Shown here: positions 9,931 through 20,123 of the stretch, piece after piece | How positions within the stretch are numbered: the first letter of the stretch is position 1 | How the letters are laid out: each line of letters begins with the position of its first letter | DNA from: Rhodoluna sp. | GTDB lineage: Bacteria > Actinomycetota > Actinomycetes > Actinomycetales > Microbacteriaceae | Assembly (NCBI GenBank): GCA_044342295.1 | Contig: JBIIQC010000001.1 | Span: 16,529 to 80,528 of the forward strand | Direction: 5' to 3' | DNA: 64,000 nucleotides | Made by a program: the position numbers and the translations under genes | The notes under the pieces: model-generated | The model's database searches: none | Told to the model about the DNA's origin: nothing | Seen by the model: the letters and a program-made list of their open reading frames with translations, nothing else

Positions 9931-10791
9931 CTAAATTCCTTCAATCATTGGGTCACCATAGATTTTCTCGTTGAGAAGATAGTTGATCTCCTGAAGTGAA
10001 AGGGCCTCGGTGTATGCGGTGTTTTTGAAAAACTTGGAGTAATCAACGCTCTCGAGAGCAGCCAGTGCCTGCGGATGGTGAAGTTTCAAAAACATTTGAG
10101 TGGTATTTGGAACTGGCTCAAATTCAGTTTTCACCTTGCCACAGCCATATCCAAAGATTGTGAGAGATACATCAGCCTGCTCTGGCGAAACTTTTTCAAT
10201 GATGCCCTGATCGGTAACTCGAACCAAAGCTCTGGGTGAATCTATTTTCTTCCAAATCTGAAAGCATGTTGCCAGATGTGTCTTGTTTGATAGCGGCGAT
10301 CCTTCAGCGTCAACATAATCAATTTCTATATCAAGATCAAGTGCTAGCTCAAATCCTAAATCAAGCCGATTCGTTACTGACCACTTGCGCCAGGACCTTG
10401 GGACAATAAAGCAAATGGCGTCGCTAACTAGCGCTGCATGATTAAAAAAGGGAATACTCAACGAATTATTTCTACCAAACGGGGGATTGGAAATAGTTAC
10501 TAAATTGCTTTCCTTGATTTGCTGCTCGAGGAAGTTTCCTTCTGTGACAAGTTCATGGAGTGGCTCAATGTCGAAGCTGATTACTTTGCTGACCCCAACA
10601 GCTTGCACCGCTTCGATGAATGCGCCAGTTCCACCAGCTGGCTCTAGGACCGTCTTTCCCGCAAGTGGGCCAAGTACCTTTTCAATCTGCGCAACTAGTT
10701 CTAGTGCAAGGGATTTTGGAGTGTAGTACTGCTCTTTACCGGTAACCCGAGTGTTCCCCAATTTTGCTGCAGGAAGGGTTTCGGTAGGCAT
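9931..10791 (-). CDS. SAM-dependent amino-methyltransferase, probable N6-adenine DNA methyltransferase (gamma-type motif order)
   Basis: QYYTP (motif X), VLEPAGGTGAF (motif I), SNPPFG (motif IV), FIVP. Confidence 0.8.
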   Translation of the reverse strand: MPTETLPAAKLGNTRVTGKEQYYTPKSLALELVAQIEKVLGPLAGKTVLEPAGGTGAFIEAVQAVGVSKVISFDIEPLHELVTEGNFLEQQIKESNLVTISNPPFGRNNSLSIPFFNHAALVSDAICFIVPRSWRKWSVTNRLDLGFELALDLDIEIDYVDAEGSPLSNKTHLATCFQIWKKIDSPRALVRVTDQGIIEKVSPEQADVSLTIFGYGCGKVKTEFEPVPNTTQMFLKLHHPQALAALESVDYSKFFKNTAYTEALSLQEINYLLNEKIYGDPMIEGI

Positions 10792-10856
10792 TACTCAAGG
10801 CTAACAAGCATTTGAAGGCTTATGGCAGTTGGCCAAAAGCTATGAGCAATCTTGAG

Positions 10857-11234
10857 TTACCAGAAGACTGCTAGGACTACGTTCAGGAAGGTTAGCCCAC
10901 CAATGGTCCCTAGGATGCTTCCGGATACTGGTTTCTTCTTGCGATTTAGCATCACAAGAACTACCACGATCAGGGCAACAACTGTCTTGATCGCGATTTT
11001 GCTGTGATCAAGATCGTAGCCACCACCAAGACCGAGCTCCCATTCACGAACTCCAACTAGGAGAAGGCCTGTAATTAGTGCTGTCCAAGCACCGTGAACC
11101 ATGGCCGGAAGAATCTCGGCGGTCTTTGCGCGCAGGGCTTTGATTTGGACCAAAAAACCACCGAATAGGGCCGATAGGCCAACTAGGTGTAGGACAACAA
11201 GAAAACTTTTTATGATTCCAGCAAGCTCAAGCAT
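10857..11234 (-). CDS. Small 4-TM integral membrane protein of unknown function
   Basis: Four hydrophobic segments; SD AAGGGGA; 13 nt downstream of ribH. Confidence 0.75.
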   Translation of the reverse strand: MLELAGIIKSFLVVLHLVGLSALFGGFLVQIKALRAKTAEILPAMVHGAWTALITGLLLVGVREWELGLGGGYDLDHSKIAIKTVVALIVVVLVMLNRKKKPVSGSILGTIGGLTFLNVVLAVFW

Positions 11235-11247
11235 GATTTCCCCTTCG

Positions 11248-11712
11248 TTACTTAAAGGATAATCGCTTCATCGTGATTGCGGCTTCAACCGCCTCGGCAC
11301 CTTTATCTTCTTTTGACCCTGGAAGACCAGCACGATCGAGAGCCTGCTGTTCATTGGCTACAGTCAACAGCCCAAAACCAATTGGCACCGAAGTATCTAG
11401 CTGAACTCTGGTAAGACCACTGGTTGCTGCATCGCAGACGTAGTCAAAGTGAGGAGTATCGCCCTGAATTACAACACCAAGGGCAATTACAACTTCTGCA
11501 CCATTTTTGATTGCCATTTGTGCTCCAAGTGGAAGCTCAAATGCACCTGGCACTCGAATGATCTTGTAGTCAGTGTTTCCCGCAGCCTTTAGCGCACGTT
11601 CCGCTCCGGCCAGAAGGCCATTGGTGATTACTTCGTGCCAGCTGGTGACAACTACTGAAACTTTAATTCCAGCTGCTTCGATTGCTATTTTTGGGGCGCC
11701 GTTACCGCTCAT
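11248..11712 (-). CDS. ribH: 6,7-dimethyl-8-ribityllumazine synthase
   Basis: VPGAFELP, LGVVIQGDTPHFDYVC, EDKGAEA. Confidence 0.97.
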   Translation of the reverse strand: MSGNGAPKIAIEAAGIKVSVVVTSWHEVITNGLLAGAERALKAAGNTDYKIIRVPGAFELPLGAQMAIKNGAEVVIALGVVIQGDTPHFDYVCDAATSGLTRVQLDTSVPIGFGLLTVANEQQALDRAGLPGSKEDKGAEAVEAAITMKRLSFK

Positions 11713-12946
11713 CTCTGTCCAATTCTGGAATCATATGACCCATTTTTTCTCGCTTGGTTTCCATGTATTCAACGTTCTCATCTTGCTGACCCACAACAAT
11801 AGGGACGTACTCGTTCACAACTATTCCAGCAGCCTCGAGTGCTTCAATCTTGGCTGGGTTATTGCTCATCAGTCGAACGCTCTTAATACCTAGATCTCCA
11901 AGTATCGAAACAGCAGCGCCGTATTCCCTTGCCTCACTTGGAAGACCAAGAGCAAGGTTGGCTTCAACTGTGTCCATTCCCTCATCCTGCAAGGCGTAGG
12001 CCTTGAGCTTATTCAAGAGCCCAATTCCTCGACCTTCTTGACCACGAAGGTAAATTACAACCCCACCCTTTGGGTCAGTTGCAATCTTGTCGAGGGCGAA
12101 ATCGAGTTGCGGACCGCATTCACACTTTTTAGAACCGAAAGCTTCTCCCGTGATGCACTCGCTGTGCATTCTCACCAATACGTCCTCGTGCCTTGGCTCA
12201 CCGGCAATAATCGCAACATGCTCCGCGGTTGTCTTGGTGTCGTAGTAGCCACGGACCTTAAAGGACCCGTGCGTGCTTGGCATCTTGGCCTCAGCCTCGA
12301 ACCTGATTCGACTTACCGAGTCATCGCTCGGGATTGGTTCAGATACTTCGCGGTAGTCAAAGATCTGTCCGATGCTAATAACCGGGAGGCCTTCTTTTGC
12401 CCCAACTTCTTGAAGCTCTGGAAGACGCATCATCGAGCCATCTTGAGAAACCATCTCGGCAATTACTCCAACTGGAGTAAGGCCTGCAAGTTTTAGAAGA
12501 TCCACCGTTGCTTCAGTGTGTCCTGGTCTTCCAAACACACCGTCTGGGTGAGCTCGAAGAGGAATAACGTGACCTGGACGAATTAGATCCTCTGGCTGAG
12601 AACTAGTGTCAGCAAGGATTCGCAAGGTGTGGGCTCTGTCTGCAGCACTGATTCCGGTTGTGACGCCGGAGGCTGCATCAACTGAAACCGTGTACTGGGT
12701 ACGGTAGCGATCTTGATTGTTGTTGGTCATTAATGGAAGCTCTAAGCGGTTGGCCAAAGATTCGGACATCGGTGCACATAGGAACCCTGAGGTGTGATTC
12801 ACCATCCAGGAGATCCATTCGGGTGAGGCAAACTGGGCGGCCATGATCGCGTCGCCTTCGTTCTCACGATTGCGGTGATCTACTACCAGCACCGGCTTTC
12901 CAGCTTTCAGTGTTTCTAGTGCCTGTTCTATGGTTGCCAGATTCAT
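11702..12946 (-). CDS. ribBA: Bifunctional DHBP synthase / GTP cyclohydrolase II
   Basis: RENEGD, TTGISAADRA, GHTEA; RMHSECITG, CECGPQL, QEGRGIGL. Confidence 0.97.
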   Translation of the reverse strand: MNLATIEQALETLKAGKPVLVVDHRNRENEGDAIMAAQFASPEWISWMVNHTSGFLCAPMSESLANRLELPLMTNNNQDRYRTQYTVSVDAASGVTTGISAADRAHTLRILADTSSQPEDLIRPGHVIPLRAHPDGVFGRPGHTEATVDLLKLAGLTPVGVIAEMVSQDGSMMRLPELQEVGAKEGLPVISIGQIFDYREVSEPIPSDDSVSRIRFEAEAKMPSTHGSFKVRGYYDTKTTAEHVAIIAGEPRHEDVLVRMHSECITGEAFGSKKCECGPQLDFALDKIATDPKGGVVIYLRGQEGRGIGLLNKLKAYALQDEGMDTVEANLALGLPSEAREYGAAVSILGDLGIKSVRLMSNNPAKIEALEAAGIVVNEYVPIVVGQQDENVEYMETKREKMGHMIPELDRDER

Positions 12947-13542
12947 TTCTGACTCCTTGCCTCTATTAGTTTCTCAATGTGCTTTGCCAAGATATCTGCC
13001 TCAACGTTTAACTTTGCGCCAACTCCTTTTTGACCAAGGGTGGTAAGGCGCAAAGTTTCAGGTATCAGACTCAGTGAAACAACATCACCAGAGATGTCGT
13101 TTACGGTAAGGGACACACCGTCAAAAGTGATTGAACCCTTGTGAACAACATACTTAGCTAGCTCACTTGGAATTCTTACCCTTACTACCTCCCAGTTAGC
13201 ACTTGGCTCCCTGGAAATAATTTCTCCAACTCCGTCCACGTGACCTTGCACCACGTGACCTCCGAACCTGCCAGCCCCAGACATGGCCCGCTCAAGATTT
13301 ACCTTGTCGCCAACAGCGATTCCGCGAAGGCTGGTTCTATTGAGTGTCTCTTGCATAACATCGGCAACAAAGCCATCAGCTGTCAATTCAGCCGCCGTTA
13401 GGCAGGTGCCATTGACGGATATCGATTCACCTTGAGATAGATCTGATCGAACTAGCTCTCCGCTAACTTGCAATCTGATGCTGTCGCCCAGGTCTTTTAC
13501 CTCTGAAATAGTGCCAAGTTCTTCGACTATGCCTGTAAACAT
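12943..13542 (-). CDS. ribE: Riboflavin synthase (alpha chain)
   Basis: MFTGIVEE N-terminus, NGTCLT, VNLERA, GGHVVQGHVDG. Confidence 0.97.
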   Translation of the reverse strand: MFTGIVEELGTISEVKDLGDSIRLQVSGELVRSDLSQGESISVNGTCLTAAELTADGFVADVMQETLNRTSLRGIAVGDKVNLERAMSGAGRFGGHVVQGHVDGVGEIISREPSANWEVVRVRIPSELAKYVVHKGSITFDGVSLTVNDISGDVVSLSLIPETLRLTTLGQKGVGAKLNVEADILAKHIEKLIEARSQK

Positions 13543-14573
13543 CAGCTTCTCCCTATTGGTTTCGCGATGATCTGAATATCTGATCCAAGAGGATTAATCT
13601 CCAAAAACTCAATCTCTTTCGCGTCTTGAATGGAAGGAACGTCAATTGATCCAATGGCGAGCTTGTCGCCGCCAAGCAATTTTGGAGCCAGGTAAATGAC
13701 AAATTCGTCTACTAGATCCATTTGAACAAATCGACTTGCAAGAGTTGGCCCACCCTCGACCAAAACATGCTTGATTCCTTTTTCGTAAAGCTCGCTTAGT
13801 GCACCATGTATTGATTGTGTTTTCAAGGTAAGTGTTTCTGCATCGTCATTGAACACACGAAGCTCTGCTGGTAACTCTCGCTCGCCAAGCACAACTCTTA
13901 GTGGTTGCTGATCAAAGAGCGAACCGTCTGGTTTTCTTGCCGTTAGTTCTGGGTCGTCGATGAGTGCAGTGCCGGTTCCGACCAAGATGGCATCGACTTC
14001 CGATCTTCTTTGGTGAGCGTCTTTTCTAGATTCTTCGCCGCTGATCCATTTACTAGATCCATCTTGGGCAGCCGCGCGACCATCGATACTGCTTGCCCAC
14101 TTCAAGGTAACAAACGGTCTTTTGTTTTTTGCTGCCGTTAGCCAAATTCTTGATTGCTGATCAGCTTTGTCAGCATGAAAACCAGAGATTACTTCAATTC
14201 CTGCACTACGCAGTGTTTCTGCACCACCGCTTGACTGATCGCCTGGATCTGAAGAAGCAAACACAACTTTGCTAACCCCTGCTTTAATAAGAGCCTGTGA
14301 GCACGGACCAGTTTTGCCGGTGTGATTGCATGGCTCTAAAGTGACAATCGCAGTTGACCCTTGAGGAAGTTTGGATTCGCCCTTGAGAGCAGAGTTGATT
14401 GCAACAACTTCGGCATGATCTGTTCCAGACCCCTTGTGATATCCCTCGCCGATTAGTTGGCCTTCAGCATTTAAAATCACTGCGCCTACTTGTGGGTTTA
14501 CTCCTGTGATTGGTCCCTTTAGGGCAAGCTCGAGCGCGCGAATCATCGCATCATCGAGGCTTAGCTTGGACAT
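13542..14573 (-). CDS. ribD: Diaminohydroxyphosphoribosylaminopyrimidine deaminase/reductase; start revised to ATG 14573
   Basis: NPQVGAV, HAEV, TLEPCNHTGKTGPC, LKWASSIDG, VEGGPT; the longer ORF runs through the riboswitch expression platform. Confidence 0.95.
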   Translation of the reverse strand: MSKLSLDDAMIRALELALKGPITGVNPQVGAVILNAEGQLIGEGYHKGSGTDHAEVVAINSALKGESKLPQGSTAIVTLEPCNHTGKTGPCSQALIKAGVSKVVFASSDPGDQSSGGAETLRSAGIEVISGFHADKADQQSRIWLTAAKNKRPFVTLKWASSIDGRAAAQDGSSKWISGEESRKDAHQRRSEVDAILVGTGTALIDDPELTARKPDGSLFDQQPLRVVLGERELPAELRVFNDDAETLTLKTQSIHGALSELYEKGIKHVLVEGGPTLASRFVQMDLVDEFVIYLAPKLLGGDKLAIGSIDVPSIQDAKEIEFLEINPLGSDIQIIAKPIGRS

Positions 14574-14667
14574 GTTTCTACCCTTGTTCGAATGAAGAAC
14601 CTCGGGGCAGCGAAATGGGAAAGTAGAGTCAGCCGAATTGGCGTTAAAACGCCAACGACTAACCCTA

Positions 14668-14803
14668 GGTTCTTCTCCCATCCGGACTTTAACCGTCGGC
14701 TCTGGAATTTCACCAAATCAACCGAATTAGAACTTTTTCAAGATCTGATTCGGGTCGCGGGCTTTACCGCCGGCTCAGATTTTCACTGACCCCGAAGAAC
14801 GTT
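14668..14803 (-). promoter_or_regulatory. FMN (RFN) riboswitch
   Basis: Minus strand reads cttcggggtcagtgaaaatctgagccggcggtaaagcccgcga...ggtgaaattccagagccgacggttaaagtccggatgggagaag, matching the RFN consensus, directly upstream of ribD. Confidence 0.96.
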
Positions 14804-14864
14804 GTTGCGTTTCTATCCTTACAGATAACTAGAAATAGTGCCCAAAAATTTCCTGGGCTCTCAG

Positions 14865-15866
14865 CTAACTCCTAGGAATAAAGCCAATTTTGTCGTAAAC
14901 GCTAGCCAAAGTGGCCTCGGCCAGTTCGTTGGCACGCGAGGAGCCAGAGGATAACAAGCGATCTAGCTCGTCGGTGTTCGCAAGTAACTCGGTAGCCCGT
15001 TGCCTAATTGGTTCGATAACCGAAATTACTGCATCGGCAACTTCCGACTTTAGGTCTCCGTAACCTTTGCCAGCAAAGACTGCTTCCAAATCCTTTACCG
15101 ACTTTCCTGAGACGGCCGAATAGATTCCAAGCAGATTTGAAACTCCTGCTTTGTTTTCTGCGTCAAATCTAATCTCGCTATCGGCATCGGTTACAGAACC
15201 TTTGATCTTTTTTACCGTCACGCTGGAATCATCCATAATGTTGATGGTTCCTTTTGGTTCGTTTGATTTAGACATCTTTGCAGTCGGGTTCTGCAGGTCA
15301 TAAATCTTCGCAGTTTCTTTCAAGATGTGAGCTTCGGGAACAGTAAATGTCTCGCCAAATCTGGAATTGAATCTCATGGCTAGATCTCTGGTTAGCTCAA
15401 GGTGTTGTCTTTGGTCTTCTCCAACAGGCACCTTCTTGGGCTGATAAAGCAATATGTCCGCAGCCTGCAAGATTGGGTAGGTGAATAGCCCAACCGATGC
15501 TGAATCGCTTTCGGCTTTTTGCGACTTGTCTTTGAACTGAGTCATGCGACCAGCTTCACCAAACCCGGTTATGCAATTGAGCACCCAGGCAAGTTGCGCG
15601 TGAGCTGGAACCTGGGACTGAATAAACAAAGCTGATTTGCTTGGGTCAATGCCGGCTGCAATATATTGCGCAGCGGTTCGGCGAGTGTTTTCAAGAAGTT
15701 GCTTCGGGTCTTGGGGTACGGTGATGGCGTGCAGGTCGGCAATCATGTAATAGGCGTTGAATTCTTCTTGCATCGCAACCCAGTTATTCAATGCCCCCAG
15801 ATAGTTTCCTAGATGCAGAGAATCGGCAGAAGGCTGCATGCCACTTAGAAGATTTGCTTTGCTCAC
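14865..15866 (-). CDS. trpS: Tryptophan--tRNA ligase
   Basis: HLGN (HIGH), [25 protein letters not shown]. Confidence 0.97.
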   Translation of the reverse strand: MSKANLLSGMQPSADSLHLGNYLGALNNWVAMQEEFNAYYMIADLHAITVPQDPKQLLENTRRTAAQYIAAGIDPSKSALFIQSQVPAHAQLAWVLNCITGFGEAGRMTQFKDKSQKAESDSASVGLFTYPILQAADILLYQPKKVPVGEDQRQHLELTRDLAMRFNSRFGETFTVPEAHILKETAKIYDLQNPTAKMSKSNEPKGTINIMDDSSVTVKKIKGSVTDADSEIRFDAENKAGVSNLLGIYSAVSGKSVKDLEAVFAGKGYGDLKSEVADAVISVIEPIRQRATELLANTDELDRLLSSGSSRANELAEATLASVYDKIGFIPRS

Positions 15867-15867
15867 C

Positions 15868-16701
15868 TTAGATAGCGTATTCCACAGTTACCGGAGAATG
15901 GTCAGTCCAGCGCGCGTCATAACTTGGCGCCCTGTGTACTTTGTACTTTCCAGACACCTTCGCAAGCGCTGGAGTTGCTAGGTGGTAGTCAATTCTCCAG
16001 CCGGCATCGGTATCAAAAGCCTTACCGCGATAGGACCACCAGGTGTATGGACCAGGCTTGTTCGGGTGGACAGCTCGACCTATGTCGACCCAGCCCTGCT
16101 TATCCATCAAGGTATCGAAGTAGGCACGCTCTTCAGGTAAGAAGCCAGCATTTTTAATGTTGCCTTTCCAGTTCTTGATATCCAACTCGGTGTGACCAAC
16201 GTTTAGATCCCCAACCACCAAAGCCAAAGCTTGCTCTTTGGTGAGCTTTGCCATGCGAGCTTGCATGGCTTCTAGAAATTTGTATTTTTCAACCTGCTTG
16301 GGTGTGTCCACTTCACCAGAGTGAACGTAGCAACTTACAACTGTGACCTGCTTGCTACCGATTTTGTAAACCCCTTCAAGCCAGCGTCCTGCTGAATCAA
16401 AGTCTTTGGCGCCGAGTGCAACTTTAGACGCGACCGCGGGAACTTTGCTTACTAGTGCGACGCCGGCTCGTCCTTTGGCGGATGCCTCGTCGTGCAGGAT
16501 GTGCCACTTGCCACCGTTGATTGCAAGTCCACCGTGCTCATCGAACAACTCATCCAAGTCAGCTCGGCTAGCTCTAACTTCTTGCAAAGCTAAAACATCA
16601 GCGGTGGATTTTTTAATCCAGTCACCCATACCGTTGCGAAATGCCGCACGCACACCGTTGACGTTGATTGTTGCAACTTCAAATGATTTTTTGGTGGGCA
16701 C
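15868..16701 (-). CDS. xth: Exodeoxyribonuclease III (AP endonuclease)
   Basis: [36 protein letters not shown]. Confidence 0.93.
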   Translation of the reverse strand: MPTKKSFEVATINVNGVRAAFRNGMGDWIKKSTADVLALQEVRASRADLDELFDEHGGLAINGGKWHILHDEASAKGRAGVALVSKVPAVASKVALGAKDFDSAGRWLEGVYKIGSKQVTVVSCYVHSGEVDTPKQVEKYKFLEAMQARMAKLTKEQALALVVGDLNVGHTELDIKNWKGNIKNAGFLPEERAYFDTLMDKQGWVDIGRAVHPNKPGPYTWWSYRGKAFDTDAGWRIDYHLATPALAKVSGKYKVHRAPSYDARWTDHSPVTVEYAI

Positions 16702-17132
16702 TAAAAGCTCACTAAGACTGCGTCACCTTGAACTTTGACAGTTATCTTTCCTAAGGCACGCTGGGCAGGACCTTTGATCACAGATCCGTCGTCCGCGTTG
16801 AAAACTGAAAAGTGAACTGGGCATTCAATTTCAGAGTCCATCACCGTGCTCATTACAGCTTTGTCGTGGGTACACTCTGCACTAAAACCCCGGAAGACAT
16901 CCTGTGAGGGGTGAGTGATCAAAATAGGGGTTCCGGAAACATCGAATTTCTTTCCAGAACCCACAGGAATATCAGTTGTCTTGCAAACCTCTACTGCCAC
17001 CACCGCGTTCTCAGCAGGAGCCTCGGATTCAGTTGCGCCTGGCGTGGCTGTTCCTTGCGGAGTGCACGCTGCCAAAGCAGTTACCGCAGATACTCCAACG
17101 GCGGAGGCGATTACTGCGCGACGGGAGACCAT
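16701..17132 (-). CDS. Tat-exported Rieske [2Fe-2S] lipoprotein
   Basis: SRR twin-arginine, LAAC lipobox, CTH...CPVH ligands, GPA motif. Confidence 0.85.
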   Translation of the reverse strand: MVSRRAVIASAVGVSAVTALAACTPQGTATPGATESEAPAENAVVAVEVCKTTDIPVGSGKKFDVSGTPILITHPSQDVFRGFSAECTHDKAVMSTVMDSEIECPVHFSVFNADDGSVIKGPAQRALGKITVKVQGDAVLVSF

Positions 17133-17872
17133 TACGGTCTGCCCTTCAGAATTGCCTGCTTAACTTCGGCAATAGCTTTTGTCACCTGAATTCCCCGAGG
17201 ACATGCTTCGGTGCAGTTAAAGGTAGTTCGGCAGCGCCAGACACCTTCCTTATCGTTCAAGATGTCGAGCCTAAGCTCCGCTCCCTCATCGCGGGAATCG
17301 AAGATGAAGCGGTGGGCGTTGACGATAGCAGCTGGGCCAAAGTACTGTCCGTCGGTCCAGAACACTGGGCAGCTTGTGGTGCAGGCGGCACACAAAATGC
17401 ACTTTGTAGTGTCGTCGTAGCGCTCTCGCTGCTCCGGAGACTGCAGTCTTTCTTTCTCCGGGTTTGCGCCAGCTATCAAGAAAGGGTTGATGTCGCGGTA
17501 GGCCTTGTAGAAGGGCTCCATGTTGACAATCAAGTCTTTTTCAACTGGCAGACCCTTGATTGGTTCTACGTATATTGGCTGCGTGATGTCTAGATCCTTG
17601 ATCAGAGTCTTGCAAGCCAAACGGTTTCTTCCGTTGATTCGCATAGCGTCCGAGCCACAAACACCGTGGGCGCAGGACCTGCGGAAAGTAAGTGATCCAT
17701 CGATTTCCCACTTAATCTTGTGCAGTGCATCTAGAACACGATCGGTTCCATACATAAGTACGTCGTAGTCAACCCACTTAGCTTCTTCGCTGGTCTCCGG
17801 GTCAAAGCGGCGAACCATGAGAGTCACCATAAATGATGGAATCTCGGCAATTTCCTTAACGCTCTCGACCAT
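17132..17872 (-). CDS. sdhB: Succinate dehydrogenase iron-sulfur subunit
   Basis: RRSCAHGVCGSD, CILCAACTTSCP, CRTTFNCTEACP. Confidence 0.97.
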   Translation of the reverse strand: MVESVKEIAEIPSFMVTLMVRRFDPETSEEAKWVDYDVLMYGTDRVLDALHKIKWEIDGSLTFRRSCAHGVCGSDAMRINGRNRLACKTLIKDLDITQPIYVEPIKGLPVEKDLIVNMEPFYKAYRDINPFLIAGANPEKERLQSPEQRERYDDTTKCILCAACTTSCPVFWTDGQYFGPAAIVNAHRFIFDSRDEGAELRLDILNDKEGVWRCRTTFNCTEACPRGIQVTKAIAEVKQAILKGRP

Positions 17873-19659
17873 TAGTACTTACGCTCCATCGCTGGGTAGT
17901 TGGTAACAACCACAGGTTTCCAGTCAACCCGGATGTCTTCCCCTGGCTTGGTTGGAACAACCTTGGTTTTGTATGCCATGGAGTGAACCATGAAATCTTC
18001 ATCGTTTCTGGTCTCGTAATCCTCACGGAAGTGACCACCGCGGCTTTCGCGGCGCTCGCGAGCGGTCATAACCAAAACCTCTGCAAGATCAAACAAGAAA
18101 CCAAGTTCGATTGCTTCCAGCAGGTCAGTGTTGAATCTCTTGCCGCGGTCTTGAACTGCGATGTTTTCGTAGCGCTTTCTAAGCTCAGTTATCTTGTCTA
18201 GAGCTTCGTTGAGAGAATCTTCGGTCCGGTAAACCTGGGCGTTTTTGTCCATGGTTTCCTGCAGTTCTTTTCTCAAAACCGCAATCTTTTCGGTTCCGGT
18301 TGAGTTTCTTGTTACCGATAGCAAGATCTCAACCTGAGCTGTCGCGTTTTCAGGAACAGGAACGAAATCCGCATCCTTGGCATACTCAACCGCGTAGATT
18401 CCAGCGCGCTTACCGAAAACATTAATGTCTAGTAGCGAGTTGGTACCTAAACGGTTCGCTCCGTGCACCGAAACACAAGCGCACTCACCAGCAGCGTATA
18501 GACCTGGCACCACAGTGTCGTTGTCGCGAAGCACTTCGGTCTTGATGTTGGTTGGAATTCCACCCATTGCATAGTGTGCAGTTGGGAAAACTGGAACCGG
18601 TTCGGTGTAAGGCTCAACACCAAGGTAGGTTCTTGCAAACTCGGTGATGTCTGGAAGCTTGGCGTCAATAACTTCTGGCGGAAGATGCGTTAGATCTAGC
18701 AAAACGTAATCCTTGTTTGGACCCGCGCCTCTGCCTTCACGAACCTCGTTCGCCATGGCACGTGCAACCATGTCGCGTGGGGCAAGGTCTTTAATGGTCG
18801 GCGCGTAACGCTCCATGAATCTTTCACCCGAAGCGTTTCTCAAAATCGCACCTTCACCACGGGCAGCCTCTGAAAGCAAGATACCAAGACCAGCAAGACC
18901 GGTCGGGTGGAACTGGTAGAACTCCATGTCTTCTAGGGGAAGACCCTTTCGCCAAATGATTCCAACACCATCGCCTGTGAGGGTGTGAGCATTAGATGTT
19001 GTCTTGAAGATCTTTCCAAAACCACCGGTAGCAAAAACAATCGACTTACCCTGGAAAACGTGCAGGTCACCAGTAGCTAGCTCGAAGGCCACAACAGCTG
19101 CTGGGCGCTCAACGCCATCAACCTCGTTCATCACTAGGTCAAGAACGTAGAATTCGTTGAAAAACTCAATGCCGAGCTTTACGCAGTTTTGGTAAAGAGT
19201 CTGCAAGATCATGTGTCCGGTGCGGTCGGCGGCGTAGCAAGAACGTCTAACCGGAGCTTTTCCGTGATCTCTGGTGTGACCACCAAAACGGCGCTGATCA
19301 ATCTTGCCATCGGGGGTTCTATTAAATGGCAGTCCCATGTTCTCTAAATCGATAACTGCCTGGACTGATTCTTTGGCAAGAATCTCAGCAGCATCTTGAT
19401 CAACTAGGTAGTCGCCACCTTTTACGGTGTCGAAGGTGTGCCACTCCCAGCTGTCTTCTTCAACGTTGGCAAGTGCTGCCGCCATTCCACCCTGCGCTGC
19501 ACCGGTGTGAGAGCGAGTAGGGAAAAGTTTCGAGATAACTGCGGTGCTTGCGTGAGGACCTGCTTCAATGGCAGCGCGCATTCCCGCACCACCAGCGCCA
19601 ACGATTACTACGTCGTGCTTGTGAAAGTGAGTCTTTGTTGCGGTTTCGCTAGCGGGCAA
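17872..19659 (-). CDS. sdhA: Succinate dehydrogenase flavoprotein subunit
   Basis: [16 protein letters not shown] (FAD-His), [22 protein letters not shown]. Confidence 0.98.
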   Translation of the reverse strand: MPASETATKTHFHKHDVVIVGAGGAGMRAAIEAGPHASTAVISKLFPTRSHTGAAQGGMAAALANVEEDSWEWHTFDTVKGGDYLVDQDAAEILAKESVQAVIDLENMGLPFNRTPDGKIDQRRFGGHTRDHGKAPVRRSCYAADRTGHMILQTLYQNCVKLGIEFFNEFYVLDLVMNEVDGVERPAAVVAFELATGDLHVFQGKSIVFATGGFGKIFKTTSNAHTLTGDGVGIIWRKGLPLEDMEFYQFHPTGLAGLGILLSEAARGEGAILRNASGERFMERYAPTIKDLAPRDMVARAMANEVREGRGAGPNKDYVLLDLTHLPPEVIDAKLPDITEFARTYLGVEPYTEPVPVFPTAHYAMGGIPTNIKTEVLRDNDTVVPGLYAAGECACVSVHGANRLGTNSLLDINVFGKRAGIYAVEYAKDADFVPVPENATAQVEILLSVTRNSTGTEKIAVLRKELQETMDKNAQVYRTEDSLNEALDKITELRKRYENIAVQDRGKRFNTDLLEAIELGFLFDLAEVLVMTARERRESRGGHFREDYETRNDEDFMVHSMAYKTKVVPTKPGEDIRVDWKPVVVTNYPAMERKY

Positions 19660-19670
19660 TTACTAGGTCC

Positions 19671-20114
19671 TTACTGAGCTGGGCAGAACGATGGCAGCGC
19701 TTCTAATGAAGCGCCGATAGGGCATGGGTCGAAAGTAAAGATAACTAAAGTGCCCAAAGTAACCAACGCGGCACAAACACCCCAGAGAGTAAACACCAGC
19801 GTTTTTCTGACACCTTCTCTTTCGGTGTAATCGTTGACGATGGTCCTCATACCGTTGGTTCCGTGGATCATGGCAAGCCAAAGCATTGCTAGATCCCACC
19901 ACTGCCAGAACGGATCGGCCCATTTACCTGCAACGAAGGCAAAGTTAATGGCCTTGATGCCACCTTCTGGAACAACCAAGTTGGAGATCAAGTGAACAAA
20001 GATTAGAACTACTAGCGCAGCGCCAGAAACACGCATGTAAATCCAGCCGTACTTTTCCCAGTTAGCTTGCTTTTTTGACCTAGGAGAATTTGGGGTCTCG
20101 ATAACTACTGACAT
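19671..20114 (-). CDS. sdhD: Succinate dehydrogenase membrane anchor subunit
   Basis: MRVSG, HGTNGMRTIVNDY; SD AGGAG 6 nt before ATG 20114. Confidence 0.93.
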   Translation of the reverse strand: MSVVIETPNSPRSKKQANWEKYGWIYMRVSGAALVVLIFVHLISNLVVPEGGIKAINFAFVAGKWADPFWQWWDLAMLWLAMIHGTNGMRTIVNDYTEREGVRKTLVFTLWGVCAALVTLGTLVIFTFDPCPIGASLEALPSFCPAQ

Positions 20115-20123
20115 CACCCGCTC

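Noticed and set aside
9931-10791. Complete restriction-modification or defence island
   Set aside because: No nuclease, specificity subunit, integrase or other defence gene flanks the methyltransferase
14574-14681. 36-aa N-terminal extension of RibD in the ORF track, and ORF 14592-14789 (+)
   Set aside because: Both overlap the FMN riboswitch or its expression platform; the start with an SD is at 14573
16976-17593. 205-aa + strand ORF and the many other antisense/overlapping ORFs in the track
   Set aside because: They are shadows of well-identified genes on the opposite strand or frame and carry no motifs
19663-19923. Alternative-frame 86-aa ORF inside sdhD
   Set aside because: The sdhD frame carries the conserved motifs; there is no independent evidence for this ORF
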